Shown in pieces: positions 49,846 to 62,745 of a DNA stretch of 64,000 nt (positions within the stretch are counted from its first letter, which is position 1; each line of letters opens with the position of its first letter). The notes beneath the pieces are model-generated. The model saw only the letters and a list, made by a program, of their open reading frames with translations. It was not told the DNA's origin and searched no databases. The position numbers and the translations under genes are program-made. This DNA is from Hydrolagus affinis (lineage: Eukaryota): positions 1 through 64,000 of the forward strand of contig JAAILG010001594.1 in assembly GCA_012026655.1 (NCBI GenBank), in the 5' to 3' direction.

Positions 49846-52284
49846 ACGTTGGCAGGAGAATTAACCACAGCTGCTCTCTTGTGCCTCCTAGAGGCTGGTG
49901 GTAGAACACGCACAGGGATCCAATGTCACGTTTGAGGACCAACCCTATTTGAACATTGTGTGAGTGAGTGTATAAAGCCTACAGGAGGGGGAAAGGAAAG
50001 TAAGTGTTTTATATCGCATGTGATTTACTAGTGAGGCACTGCACCTGTGCTTTGTGAGTAGAAATTTGGTAGGTTACTAGGCTAAATACTCGTCTTACTT
50101 TGTTACTTAGTTAGTGAGCTGAAACCAAAGCATCAGATGCCTGATTCACGAGATGTGAAGCGTCTCCCGAAGGGTCTTTCTGCGCTCCTTATCACCGCAC
50201 CAGTCAGTTTGTGGAGATTGCGCTTTTGAAAGACGCTTCAATTGGGTTAACACACTTTTCAGTTTGGGGACTAAATTAATCATGTTGCAAATATCTGCCG
50301 TTGATTTGAAATGTGTATATATGTATGTATGTACAGTAATAACGTTCTTAAAAAATTAATGACCAGCAGATTAGCATTTGCCTGCCCCTGCGGAGGCGAC
50401 TGCTGTTCTCTGTGTGAGAGGGATGAGGTTATTTTAGCTCCCTGAGTGTTGTGTGACCTGCCCTCCCTGTAGCAGAGCCTTATGTTGCAGGTGGCATGCG
50501 GTGCACTGATTGGCACAGTCTGATTGCTTCGGTTGCTCCTGCTGTCCTGGGATGTGGCAAAGGTGAGATTCAAGTCAAATATTCGAATGTAGAAGAAACT
50601 TCAATACAATTTGTGTGTGTGTGTGTAAACAAAACAGCAAAAGTTATCATCAGGAACACCACACGTACATTTAGGATGGAATAAGAATTCTGCTTTTGCA
50701 AAGGCGTGGGTTTCCTGTTGCACATTAAACCCAACAGCTCGGTTCCAGTTAATTAGCTTAATTAATTTAAGGTCATTTAGATCTCCTTTAGATAAAATGA
50801 AACATTCAGCTAATTATCACTGTGATGTGAACCCCTGCAGTAAATCCAGCTTCATTATATGATTTGGTGTAATTGGTGAAAGGCCAAGATAGCTGCCTTC
50901 AGTATCTCAAAGATCTCAGGATCAGTAAGAGCTTTGAAAGGAATAATCTGATAATTGTTACTCAATCTGACTTGGATGATTTAGTCTCTGATATGGTGAC
51001 CGATAGAGCTCGTGATTGGTTTTATTGCAAGTGGGAGGTTGTCATTGAAGAGACTGTCCAGCTCTTAGTAGCTTTTATATATTGAATGTGTCAAGCGTGG
51101 AAAGAGAAAGAAACAGATTGGGTCCATCAAGTTTACCTGACCTGTACGCTTATCGTACAGTCTCTCCTCTGCATTCAATTTCCTGAGCAAAGGATCTGAT
51201 TTTCTCCAGCGCCGTGGGACGTCCTCCTGATGTGAAAGGCGCTATACAAGTGTAATTCTTGTTGTTGTATACATACACCCTGATCACACCAAACTGTTAT
51301 TAAACTGTAGAACATCCGTCTCCATTTTCATCCTGACCAGATTAGATGCCGACTACCTATAAAATTCCCTTCTGCCCATGTCAAAATGTTTTGGTTTAAA
51401 TAGTTAAACAGAAACCGTGGAAGGCTCTTCTCAATCCCTCCACCTTGCCCCCTTTCTCCCCTTTTTTCAAGTCCCACCTGAAAACCTTCCCTTTCTACTC
51501 ACGGTCACCTGCGCCGCCACCCCATCCCCCCCCGTGCCTCAGTGTTTTGAGTATATCGATCTACAAGTTTCTCAATGGCCTCCTCGAATCACACTCCCAA
51601 CCAGTGACTCATCCAGTTCTTTACTCCAATAGCCAAAGCTCGGTGTGATTCCCAGACATCAGAGGTGCTCCTTTGTTGAAACTTTCCTCTCCCTCCAATC
51701 AATGGCCTGGGTCCATTGTTTTGAAGTCGATGTAAAACACTTTGACGGAGGAGTAATGGGCTGCTCGCTGGGTTTCCGACCCATTTTTCATTATCATTGA
51801 CCTGTAAATAATAAGCTACATAATGGACAGTATTTCACTATTTATCAAAACAATCTTATGACTTCCATACCTCTCTCCCATTGTTAGCAGTGTTGACTTG
51901 AAGCTGTGTCAAAACTCATAGCATAAGGCTAATTGGGGAATCCTACGTTCACCTATACAGTAAGATAGAAATCAGATGGTAGTTTCTCACGTACTATGAG
52001 AATAAGGGGAAAAGGCTTTGATTTAAACAAATATTTGAACCAGAAAGAGCTATCTCTGTTGTATTTTTTTGGAGTCACGAAAAACTCTGGCAAGGTCAGT
52101 GGTCTCAAATACAATATTAGAGTTCATTGGCAGTGAGGGAGGAAGTAAACTAGTTTCCAGACATTCCACAGAAAGCAGGCTGCTGCAATAGTAACATTTT
52201 CTATGTATTTTATTTATTCAAATGATATTGGTGGGTTGACTGCTAAAGCCTACTCCACATTCCCTACTCTCTGTTCTCTTCTCC

Positions 52285-52540
52285 TCATTTTTGGTGGTCA
52301 GGCTTTCAGCCTAGCAGCCCCCACTCTCTGGAACTGAAACCCGAAGACCCTCTTAGTCCTCCTGCCTCACCTCTTTCTAAGGTCTGCCTCAAGACCTTCC
52401 TCTTTGACCTCTCCTTTGGTGACCTTCCCCCTCCGCATCTCTCTCAGCTCCCACTCCAGACCCGGGTGCCAAGCCAAGATCGTCAAGCAGCTTGGGACAT
52501 CCTCTTGACATGAAAGGCGTGATGTCAACGTAAGTTTGTT
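52285..52540 (+). mobile_element. L2-clade LINE 3' fragment
   Basis: GGTGGTCAGGCTTTCAGCC...CTCTGGAAC...CTCAAGACCTTCCTCTTTGAC...GGGACATCCTCTTGACATGAAAGGCG. Confidence 0.7.
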
Positions 52541-53629
52541 CCACATGGAGGTGGAACTCGTGTCTAAATCCCATTGCAGGAAGGTTGCTTAGTTGGAGAT
52601 GAACAAAAGATGGTACGCAAGGTTTGAAACTTTCTGCTGAGCCATTGTTGTTGGGAATTTATTTTAATTGAGAAACCCAGGTATAGAGCTAAAGCCCAGA
52701 GTGCAGAATACACTCTGTGTACAGAGGATACAGAACAGTATAGAATGGCTGGGCAACCAGAGGGGAAGTGAGGAAGAGGATTTCACTGTATGAGGTGCAA
52801 TACTCCTTGCATTTAATGAGAATTTACAGGGAATAGACATGACAGAAAGGAAGATCTGACAACCATCTCCGGGCACAGAGTATCTCATGAGGGCTTCAGT
52901 GTCTATGAGTGGCAATCAAGATGCATAAAACCGAAAGGGTGGAGAATCATTGGATCCACCAATTTTGGGGGGGTTGTAAAAAGGGAATTAGCTTTAATCA
53001 CTGTTGTAGGTCCAATACTATTATTGTCTTGTTTATGATAATACTCAGGAAGATTCAGAAATCGAGAGAACACAAAAGAAAATCTTAAAGTTTATTGTAA
53101 CAATGTAACATTAAAAATACCAAGCTGTCAGGCTCCATTTTTGTACTGAGATGCTAATATTTTCTATATGTGTTGAAGGCTTTGTGGGACCTGTACAATG
53201 CCCAGATACAGCTGGCTGCAAGGAATATTTTCCAGTTAAATATATTTACACTGTAGTAACTCATAATTCATCATACCTATATCGCTGTGCAAATAATAAA
53301 ATCATAAAGTAATTTTCTTGAAATGCGTGAACAAAGTCTAGATGTTGGACTTTGTTATATTGGAGGCTGGCGAGAATGCTATATTATTGGATGGAGTGCT
53401 GGAATGTAATTGATTTTTAGTTAATATCTGTATTTTGCTTTTTTTTATTTATTCTGTAAACACGAAAGATATTTGTTACTTTTTTTTAAAGAATAAATTG
53501 AGTTACAGAAAACCATTGCGTGCGTGGAGATTTTCTTCAATGTGAAGAATTCTGATTGCACATCCATCAAAAGAGGCTTCAGGATGGACAGGATGGGTGG
53601 TTTATTGAGTGTCTCTGTTTAGTGAGTCC

Positions 53630-53870
53630 AAAACAAAGGGCATCAATATAAGATAGACCGAGTTTAGGAGGAGAAACTTTAGAAGCAGTGGAACTCACTG
53701 TCGGAAGCTATGTTGGAAGCAGAAAGCAACATATTTAACAGGAAAGTTGATGCATGCATGAAGGAGAAGGGAATAGAGGTACAGCATATGTGAGAGGGTT
53801 TGAAAGGAGTGAAGGCTCATGGAGCATAAACACCAGAACAGACCAGTTGACTGAATGGCTGTAACATATT
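53630..53870 (+). mobile_element. CR1-type LINE 3' fragment
   Basis: TGGAACTCACTG...GGAAGCAGAAAGCAACATATTTAACAGGAAAGTTGATG...GGAGCATAAACACCAG...GACTGAATGGC. Confidence 0.65.
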
Positions 53871-56800
53871 ACAGTAACGTGAGGCATCTACATCATTACA
53901 TTGTACAAGTTGCTGTGGGTTATGGCAGGAGCGGGCATGGTCCCAATGTCCCAACTGTTGGAAGACTCTAATAAATCTTTCAACAGTTCAGTGCTTTGGT
54001 GCCAAAGGTCTTTTGTTCCTGTTGGTTACAGTACTGTTGTCACTCAATCCATGACTGTTTGTGGGACACTGCTTCGCGCAGTTGGCAGCCGCATTTTGCC
54101 CACAATATCCGCAGTCTCTCTATATATTTACAGTATATTCTCTGAAACGCTTTGAGACATCTCAACGACGTGGTGAGGCACTAAATCAAAAACAAGGATC
54201 ATTATTATTATTAATATTTATTATTCATATTCATATTATTATCGGTGTGGGTGCCAAGGTAATAGGGCCAGGGGCAGTCTTTCTCTTTCCATCACCGCCT
54301 AGTTCAAAGCTATTTTTATTTTAACCTTACTCTTTGTTTAATAAAATCTGTTGTGCGGCGCCTTTCAAACCCTACCAGTATAGAAAGTGTTGAATGGCTT
54401 TGGCAGAACAGACTGGCTCACAACCTCTTCAATGGTAAGTGAACAACAAATTACATTTGTATGAAAGCGCCTTTCACGTCGAGAGGACTTCCCAACTAGA
54501 TCTCAGTCAAAAGCAAAATGGGAAACCTGCCCGCTCTATAGGTGCCTCGCAGTTCTGTTGATGCAACGAAAGTTGAGTTGCAGAAAATATATTTGCCCCA
54601 CATTGCGGGGTCCAAAATAAGTTTAGGGCCACCAGTAACTTCCTCATTAGACCTCTGATCATTAGTGTGGTGCAACTAGCACCAAAACTTGGTATTAATT
54701 TGGGTTTAACAAGTGCAGGAAGATTCTCTCCTCCATTAGCCTAACCCATTGTAACCTGACTTGCCCACTTCAGAACTGGCATCTTTCAATTGTGTCTCTT
54801 TCTTTAAATAGCTGCATAGATTTGTATTGATTTTCTCCTGGGTTCTTCTGCTATTTATGAAGTTCCAGCCGCATCAAGCCATTAATATTTCATGCTCACC
54901 AGCTGTCTTGTTTCCCTAGGTGACTGTACAAAGATTTACACAGTAGGATCAAGTGATGCTGATTCTATTTAAATAAACTGATCATTAAAATGCCGATTTT
55001 CATTCTGATCTAGGTCACTGACACTCTGGTTAACTTTTACAACAACAACACTGAAAATAATAATAATAATAAGGCTTGCATTTGTTAACACCTCTTCTAG
55101 ACATCTCAAAGTGCTTTACAGAATGTACTGTAAAGTTAATTGACTGTATGTTTGTGGGCGAAACGCGGCAGCCAATAGCGCCCGGCAGTGTCCCACAAAC
55201 AGTCTTGGATAAAGTAACATTGGTTACAATACAATATATTATAAGAGTTATTTTTATTATACAATTATATTATACATAATTATGTTATAATTAAATATAA
55301 TGATACTGTATTATATTTAATTATAGTAATACAAGCTATGTCCTTGTTGCTGGTGAACTACGTGCAGGCAGGACGAGCAATGATAAGAGCCTGCGTTCTG
55401 TAAAGTCATGTCTTCCATCCATGACTTTACAATATACTCAATATACTCCGCTAACATTACATGCGAGCCAGGTGTTGGCTATCTTGTGTGATGGGCAATA
55501 TGGCAATGCATGCTGGCCATGTTGCACTAGATTGAAAGGAAACACAAAATTCACCAACAGGAAGAAGGGAGATGATAAAACAGCAAACCCCGCGAATGAT
55601 TCCAAAAGATAGATAAACGAGAGGTGATTCATGTCGGAACAAGGAACGACAACAACAACAAAATTACACCTGCATAATAGCGCCTTTCACGTCAGGAAAC
55701 ATTAAACATGCACAGAATGGAAAAGGTGCCCATTAGTTGAAGTGGAGAAGGAAACGGAGTTGAAGGTGATCTATAATTTGTTGAAGTCAACGTGAAGCTT
55801 CCTGCAACAAAGATGATCGAATTCCACCTCGAGAGCACTGAGGGGCAAGTAAAAATAAACGATTCTGACCTTGTTGGCTTTGGATGTCCTTCCGACAGGA
55901 AAGGCACTGTGTCAATATACAGTCATTTGTTGTTGTTGAAATGGGCACGTGTGGAATCAAAATTATGAGGAGCTGAACTTGGACTCATTGGAGAAAAGAA
56001 ATCTAAGGAGAGGGAATATCATTTAGCTTTTTATAATAAGAAGAAACCTTGCACTTGATAAAGCATCTTATCAGGTCTTCGAGACGTCTCAAAGCACTTC
56101 CACAGAATATAGTGAGTTGACTGTACATTTTGTGGGCAAAGTTTTTAGAATCGAGAACCTGAAAGGCAGGCACGAAGGAAAAACCAAACTACTGTACTTA
56201 GGTCGAGTGGTGGGAGGAGTGGCAAGCAAGACAGTGAGAAACAGATAAATAAAGCCGGGCAAAGAAAAAAGAGGCAGCAGGAATAGCGAGAGAACGGGAT
56301 CATATGAAACCTGTGGAAAGTGGGTAGAAAAAAACAGGTTGTTTAAACGAACGCAAGTCTACATGAGCGTGAAGTGGAAGAGAACAAGTTCTCCCAGAGT
56401 GTCCATAACCCATTATGTGCCTGATATCAATATGTGTCTGTGTAGCACTTGCTGATAGCCTTGTTAGGCAACAGGAATGAAATTCTAATCAGCATTCTGT
56501 GTGGCAGCACCGACAATATCAGCCACAGGATTTTCTTCCATTACAATCGGGGAAACGTTGCTGCACGGAACGGCAATAATAATAAACCTTGAATTATCAT
56601 GTCTTCGAGACATCTCACAGCGTGTCACAGAATATATTGTGAAGTGAATCGACTGTATATTTCAGTGACTGGAATTACAACCGTCCGGTAGCTGAGTCTC
56701 ACAGGGGCTGCAGTTAGAGAGGAAAATACGGAGATGTGAGGGTGAGTGGTTTTAGTTTTTTTTTGAAGAGGAACCGATGTGACTGGGGCTGTTTTCACCT

Positions 56801-57984
56801 GAACAAAGGAGGCTGAGAGGAGGCATGGCAGTGGTGTTATAACATCACGGGAAGCTGGGAGAACGTAAATAAAATTCCATTGATGCCCGCGGGTAACGAG
56901 AGGTCACACGTTTAAGATTATCAAAGAAAAAAATGCGTGGTGCCACATGGGAAAACACTGGTTGCTCTGAAGAGTGAAATTCTTCAATGCTGAATACTCT
57001 CGCTATAGAAATTAAGGCACATGGTGATGGAGGTGGTGGTGAGGGGGAGGGGGGAGAGAGCCACTGACCACAGTGGGAAGTTAGGAACCTGCTACCTAGA
57101 CTGCACAATTCTTGCACATCCCTTGTTTTCTCTCTCTCCTCTCATTAGTTCCTGCCAATCTCTCACTTTGTATGAATTCAGATTATTTCTGCACCTCAAA
57201 CGCTGCTGACTGTCAAAACGAATCAAGATACAGACACGCCACAATCCTTGACTGTTCATGTCTAGCTCGCTGGTCTATGAATATTCAGTGCAGCCTGGCT
57301 TCTTTTAAGTATGGCAAGCGCCCCGTATCTCAAACCTCTGTTGGAAAGGCACTCTCGCTCCCTGGGATTTCCTATCACTCACACACGTCCATACCAGTTA
57401 CACAGATCTTTATTCAGGAGATGAAAAGGAATCCATTTCTCAAAGAGCATCTAGAATTAGAGAGATTGGAACTGGTTGTAAGTATATTAGAATCTAGTTC
57501 AGCATTACACTTGTCAAATGTCTAATCTCTTGTTCGGCTTTATCGCAGTGAAGTCTTTGTTAAGTAATGTCTGTGTATGGGATTGAATGTGTGAGCTGCA
57601 TCATGTTGCCATTTCCAGATCTGATCCTTTCGACGATGACTGTTTTCTGACACTATGGATTCTGCTGGCCACCTGGTAAGCTCTTTGCCAACCTCACAGG
57701 CTTTGCTGGTACCCTCTGGTACCTCCATTCTTCACGTCTTAGCCCAGATAGTGAACATTGCCAGGCTATGTAACAGCGGAAAGAGCGTGAGCACAATTCT
57801 CTTCTCTCTCTGACGTCTTCACAAGTGTTACTTCAGGTAGTTGTCACAGTTCATCTGCACTGTATTGACAACAATATTGATAGAGCGAAGAATGATACAT
57901 AATGATACGCTGGGACTTACCTTCTAACCAAATAAATCTCGTAAAACCCTGGGCTTTTAAAATCCACAGATGAATCATCTACAT

Positions 57985-58480
57985 GCAAGTACAGGAGGAG
58001 GCCATTCAGCCCATCGAGCCTGTTTTGCCAGTTTATTACATCAAGCCAGATATTTAACTCCCATTTCCTGTCTTCTCTCTATAACCATTGATATCTTTGC
58101 TTCCCGAGTATCTATTTCCCCGTTAACCATCCCAATTGATTTTTCCTTCCAACCTACAGGGGCAATGTAGCGTCTTACAGCCATAGGTGGTAAGAATTGT
58201 TTTCTGCTCACACCATCCACCCGTTTAGCTCTGGATTTAACATTATCAGCCCTAATTTTTAATCCTTCTCCCAGAGGGAGCAGCCGTTTACTATGTACTT
58301 GTCAATTCCCTTTATGGTTTTAAGCACCTTAATCAGATCATCTCTTAACCCCCCCTCAGGTCTATAAAATACGATCCATGTCTGTCAAGCCTCTCATCAC
58401 AGCTCAAGCCCTTCACATTAGGTATTAATCTAGTGAATCACCACTGGATGCTTTCCAAGTCTAGTGCATTGTCTCCCATG
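57985..58480 (-). mobile_element. CR1-type LINE 3' fragment
   Basis: ACAGGAGGAGGCCATTCAGCCCATCGAG is a reversed CR1 tail, followed by degraded ORF2 sequence (CTTAATCAGATCATCTCTTAACC). Confidence 0.65.
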
Positions 58481-58520
58481 TCTCCCATAAACAATAATTA
58501 CACTCCCTTTTATCAATATC

Positions 58521-58965
58521 AGCCTGGCACAGGGTTAGCATTCTTGCCTCTGAGTAGGAAGTTTGGGGATTCAAAGCCCCACTTTGGGACTTGAATTGCA
58601 TAATCGCATAATCTAAGATGACATTTCAATGCTGTGTTGGGGGGGGGTGGGGGGGATGTTACATTACTGGAGGTGACATCATTTGGATGGGAGATGTTAA
58701 ATTGAAGTCCCTTTGCCTGTTCACTTTTCGATCCGTCTTGAAATGAGAATGGAGTTCCTCCTGGTAGCCTGGCCAAGAAATATCCCAAATAAAATTGATC
58801 ACTCACTTCATGGCTGTTTGTGGGACATTGGTGTGTGCAAACAGGCTGCCGCATTTCGTCCACAAAATGCACATTCACTCCATTTTACAGTAAAATCCTG
58901 TGAAAACGCTTGCTTGCTGATGTCTCAACGATGCAAGTAGGCACTATATCAAATTATTATTATCA
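58521..58965 (+). mobile_element. SacSINE1/DeuSINE-like SINE
   Basis: tRNA-like head AGCCTGGCACAGGGTTAGCATTCTTGCCTCTGAGT, then GGAGGTGACATCATTTGGATGGGAGATGTTAAA, GCTGTTTGTGGGACATTG and the tail. Confidence 0.72.
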
Positions 58966-61900
58966 TTACTCATAACCTCACATGAACATCTTTTTTACCA
59001 GAGATAGATTTTTTTTATTGCTGTAAATATGCCCTGTCTCTCTCCCCATACAATTTTAATTACAATTTGTTGGCTTTACTGATTTGAGATGCTCTTATCC
59101 TCTTCAAAACTTTGAAACAGAAGCACAGAAGTCAGATTAGATTAAATGGCTCTCTTCAAAGAGAAATGGATAGATGGACGCCCTTGAGAATTCCCACAGA
59201 GCCAGATGGACACAGATTTACATGGAGTCACTGTACAATAAGTAGTGATTATTTATTGGATGCTAAAGAATTAAGGTCAGGGTCTATCAGGAGCATTTGT
59301 CTGTAATGTGATTAAATCCGAGATGTCTTCTTAACTGATGGCATCAATTAAGAGAACTGTATGTGAATGGGTCCGTATGTTACTCTGACTTTTGGTGTGA
59401 GATGCTGGATCTTAGCTTCAGTGGCCCTCGTGGCATAAGGAAATGACAACTAATAATAATCATAACCCTGTATTTGATATAGCAAATTATCATGTCTTTG
59501 AGAGTTCTCAAACTGCTTCACGGGCTATACTGTAAAGTTAATTGACTCTGTAACAACGACACCTTATATTTATATAGCGCCCCTCACATGTGGGGGCGTC
59601 CAGGGGTGTTTCATTTTGCGGTAGCCAATTGCGCACAGCAAATCACATCAATTATAACACTGATTCATCTTCTGCCCATTGGGCCATAACAAACAAGGAA
59701 ATGTAAGGAAAGTAAGAAAGTAGCCATAGCAAGAACAAAGAAGGAAAGTAAAACGCACCGAAAGATAGGTCATAATAATATCATAATAATGCTTGCATTT
59801 AACGTAGTGCCTTTCACGTCAGGAGGTCATCAGGATAAAATATGTGTATTTTGTGGAGAGAACGCGAGTGCCAGTTGTCTTACAAACAGCCGTGAAGTGA
59901 ATGAACAAGTTTATTGTGGGGGATTGGCGGCCAGGACACTGGGACAAACCCCCTTCTCTTTTTGAATAGGCACAGGTAGACGGGATCTTGGTTAATAAAG
60001 GTCTCACCCATTTCACACTGTCTGTACCTTTAAAGCATTCGATATCCCTTGGCATTATTAAACACGATCTGTACAGTGACATATTGTTTAATTGCAGTCA
60101 AAATATACTCTGGCCTGACACGCATGAGAGCTTCTTAAATTAGGGATCTGCTCAACCTGTGTCCATTAGTCTACCCAAATCACACATAAATCTGGATTAG
60201 AAAATAATTTTTCCAACGGGCCACGTATTGATATTTAAGGCTCAGCTTTGGTTTTCTTCTGCGGCAAATGGAGTTTAACGCAATCCTAACAACAGTGGTT
60301 ATGACTGAGGGAGAGAGAGAGAGACCAGAACACTGAGCACTGGCTCCTGGGATAATAAGACGCTTGTTGTCAGACCCCAGCCCCATGAGATTCCTCGAAA
60401 TGAAGTAACTCTTTCCCTTGTTAAATATAGCCTGGGGTGTGTGTAGTAAACCCCCCGAAGACTTGCGCAGTATTTGTAAACAATGCCACAGTGGGGTGTG
60501 TTTTGGTGAGACGTGGCGCGCTGCAAACTCATCAAACTCAGGGCAGAGTAGAGAGGGTGGGAGGACTTGAATAAGGTGATCTGCCTGCTCAGGGTGGAGG
60601 TGAAAGATCCCATGGCACTATTTGAACACAGGAGGGAGCGTCTACCATTGTTCGCGCCCAACAATCCCCCAAATAAAATTGCTCATGTGTCGGACAGTGC
60701 TGTCATGAAATTAGACAGTAAATTCTGTGCAGCTCTTTGAGACATCCTCACGTCTGACATGAAAGGCGCCGCATCAAACGCAGTGATTATTATTCATATT
60801 TATTTATTATTGACGCGTAACTAATTGCGCTCCATAAAGCCATTCACAAGGTTCATTTTGAAGTGAAAGATACTGTGTAATGACAAGTTAGTTTCTTTAA
60901 CGCTTAACCTTAACCAGTACACAGATTGGCGAGAGTGAGAGCAGCTGAGCCAGACTGCCACCTCAGCCATCAAATAATTCAACAATTCTCAGAGTATGGA
61001 CACCCCCCTCTCTTTCAGCTATAAATAGTGTAAAAATGCTTCTCTTTCCCAAGGTAGATATTTTAAAAGTGGAAACACAAAGCTTTGTTGAGTTGTCACA
61101 AACGTTTGAGCCAGTTAAAGTACGTGTGTGTTGCAAACCCAGGTTTACTCATTTTAGCTTCACCATCTTAACACGATGTTCTAAATTCTACGTTTGATAA
61201 AGTTTAGACCGTCTTACATCAATTAGACTCAACATGCCCAAATGCTTGCCCTTGCCGTGTGCTTAGAGCAATGGATATGACTACTGAATTCCAATGTAAG
61301 TATCTCCTTCTTTGCCAAAAATCTGACTTAATCTGGATTTGGCTGCATCAATTGAGCCAGGATCGGCTTGGAATTAGATTTACGTTTAATTCCTTTGCAA
61401 CATTGCTCACGTTCTCAACTGAGAAATGCAGCGTGCTACAGTGGGAGCTGTGCGTCCTTGTGCTTCCTTCACGTGTGATCTGAATTTGCTTTCTCAGCGG
61501 CACCATGTTTGATGCTGTGAGTGGGGAATAGAGTCCGTAACACACTGCTCGGAAAAGATATTGGATTTTCTTTAACCGTGCGTGCTCCTGAATGACAGAA
61601 AAGCACAGGGAAGTCAGGTAGTTGATATCAATGGCAAGCTATGTGCTTTTTAGATGGGTAGATTCCAGCAGTTAACCCGGCGCACACTCTGGGGTGCCCG
61701 AGCCTCGGCTCTTGCCAACCTGCGCCTAATACTGACCAGAATTAGATAAAGCAGAATGTGTCTCTCCGGGGAGAGAGTATCCCTTGCATTCCAACAACCT
61801 ACCTATGGAATTTCCACGTGTAGGTGAGATGCACGGCGATCGCAGTTTGGATTGGATGCTCTTAGGCACACGGGGATGGGTTTATGTATGTGTCAGACAC

Positions 61901-62454
61901 ACAGCCGACCAAAAATAAAACACAGGAACATTATTTGATGCCAACGTTTCTTCACTTTACCGTACAATTTATCTTCCTTCCGCCAATGCTTTTTTTTACA
62001 GTAGAATGGTGGACTTTACATACAGCTTCAATTGACATTGCCTTAGGTTTAACTATTGGTTTGGGGAGGCGCACAGAGAAGATTCTAGAGTGGGGCTGAT
62101 AATGTGTTTCTCCACTGTGGCGTCTCTGAGAAATGGTGAATGACGCCCACTGAAGTCATGAAAGAGAACGAGGGGATGCTGCGTGAGGGAGAGAGGGCAC
62201 CTGATAAAATCACATCCCAATGACCCCAGCCACGGCAATCCACAAGCAGCATTGACAATAATAATAATAAATAACAGTAATCCTTGCGCCTAGTATAGCG
62301 CCTTATCATGTCTTTGAGAAGTCTCAAAACGCTTCACAGAATATATTGTAAAGTAAGTTGACTGTGTATCTTATGGGCATTGATAGCTTAGAACAGGGAG
62401 CTCGACCACAAGGAAATGGTGACGTAAGTTTGTCTCCCTTGTCTAGTCAGCAGG

Positions 62455-62745
62455 CTCCGGCCTGCTCCATGTCCCCCGACCCACCCTCCCCACTATTGGC
62501 GGGTGAGTCTTCAGCCACTCTTCCCCCAACCTCTAGAACTCCCTCTGGCAGTCCCTCCGCCTCGCCCCCTCCCTGGCCTCCTTCAAGTCCCACCTCAAAA
62601 CAACTCCTCTTCGATGGTCCCGATCCCAAAGCCCCCCCCCCCCACCCCACCCCACACACTTTCCCTCCATCCTCCCAAACCCCGACCCCAGCTCGGGTCC
62701 GAGGCAATGACTGTCCAGCGCCTTGGGACATCGAAATGTCTTGAG
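62455..62745 (+). mobile_element. L2-clade LINE 3' fragment
   Basis: ATTGGCGGGTGAGTCTTCAGCC...CTTCAAGTCCCACCTCAAAACAACTCCTCTTCGA, a C-rich UTR and CAGCGCCTTGGGACATC. Similar to the reverse complement of 43990-44290. Confidence 0.75.
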
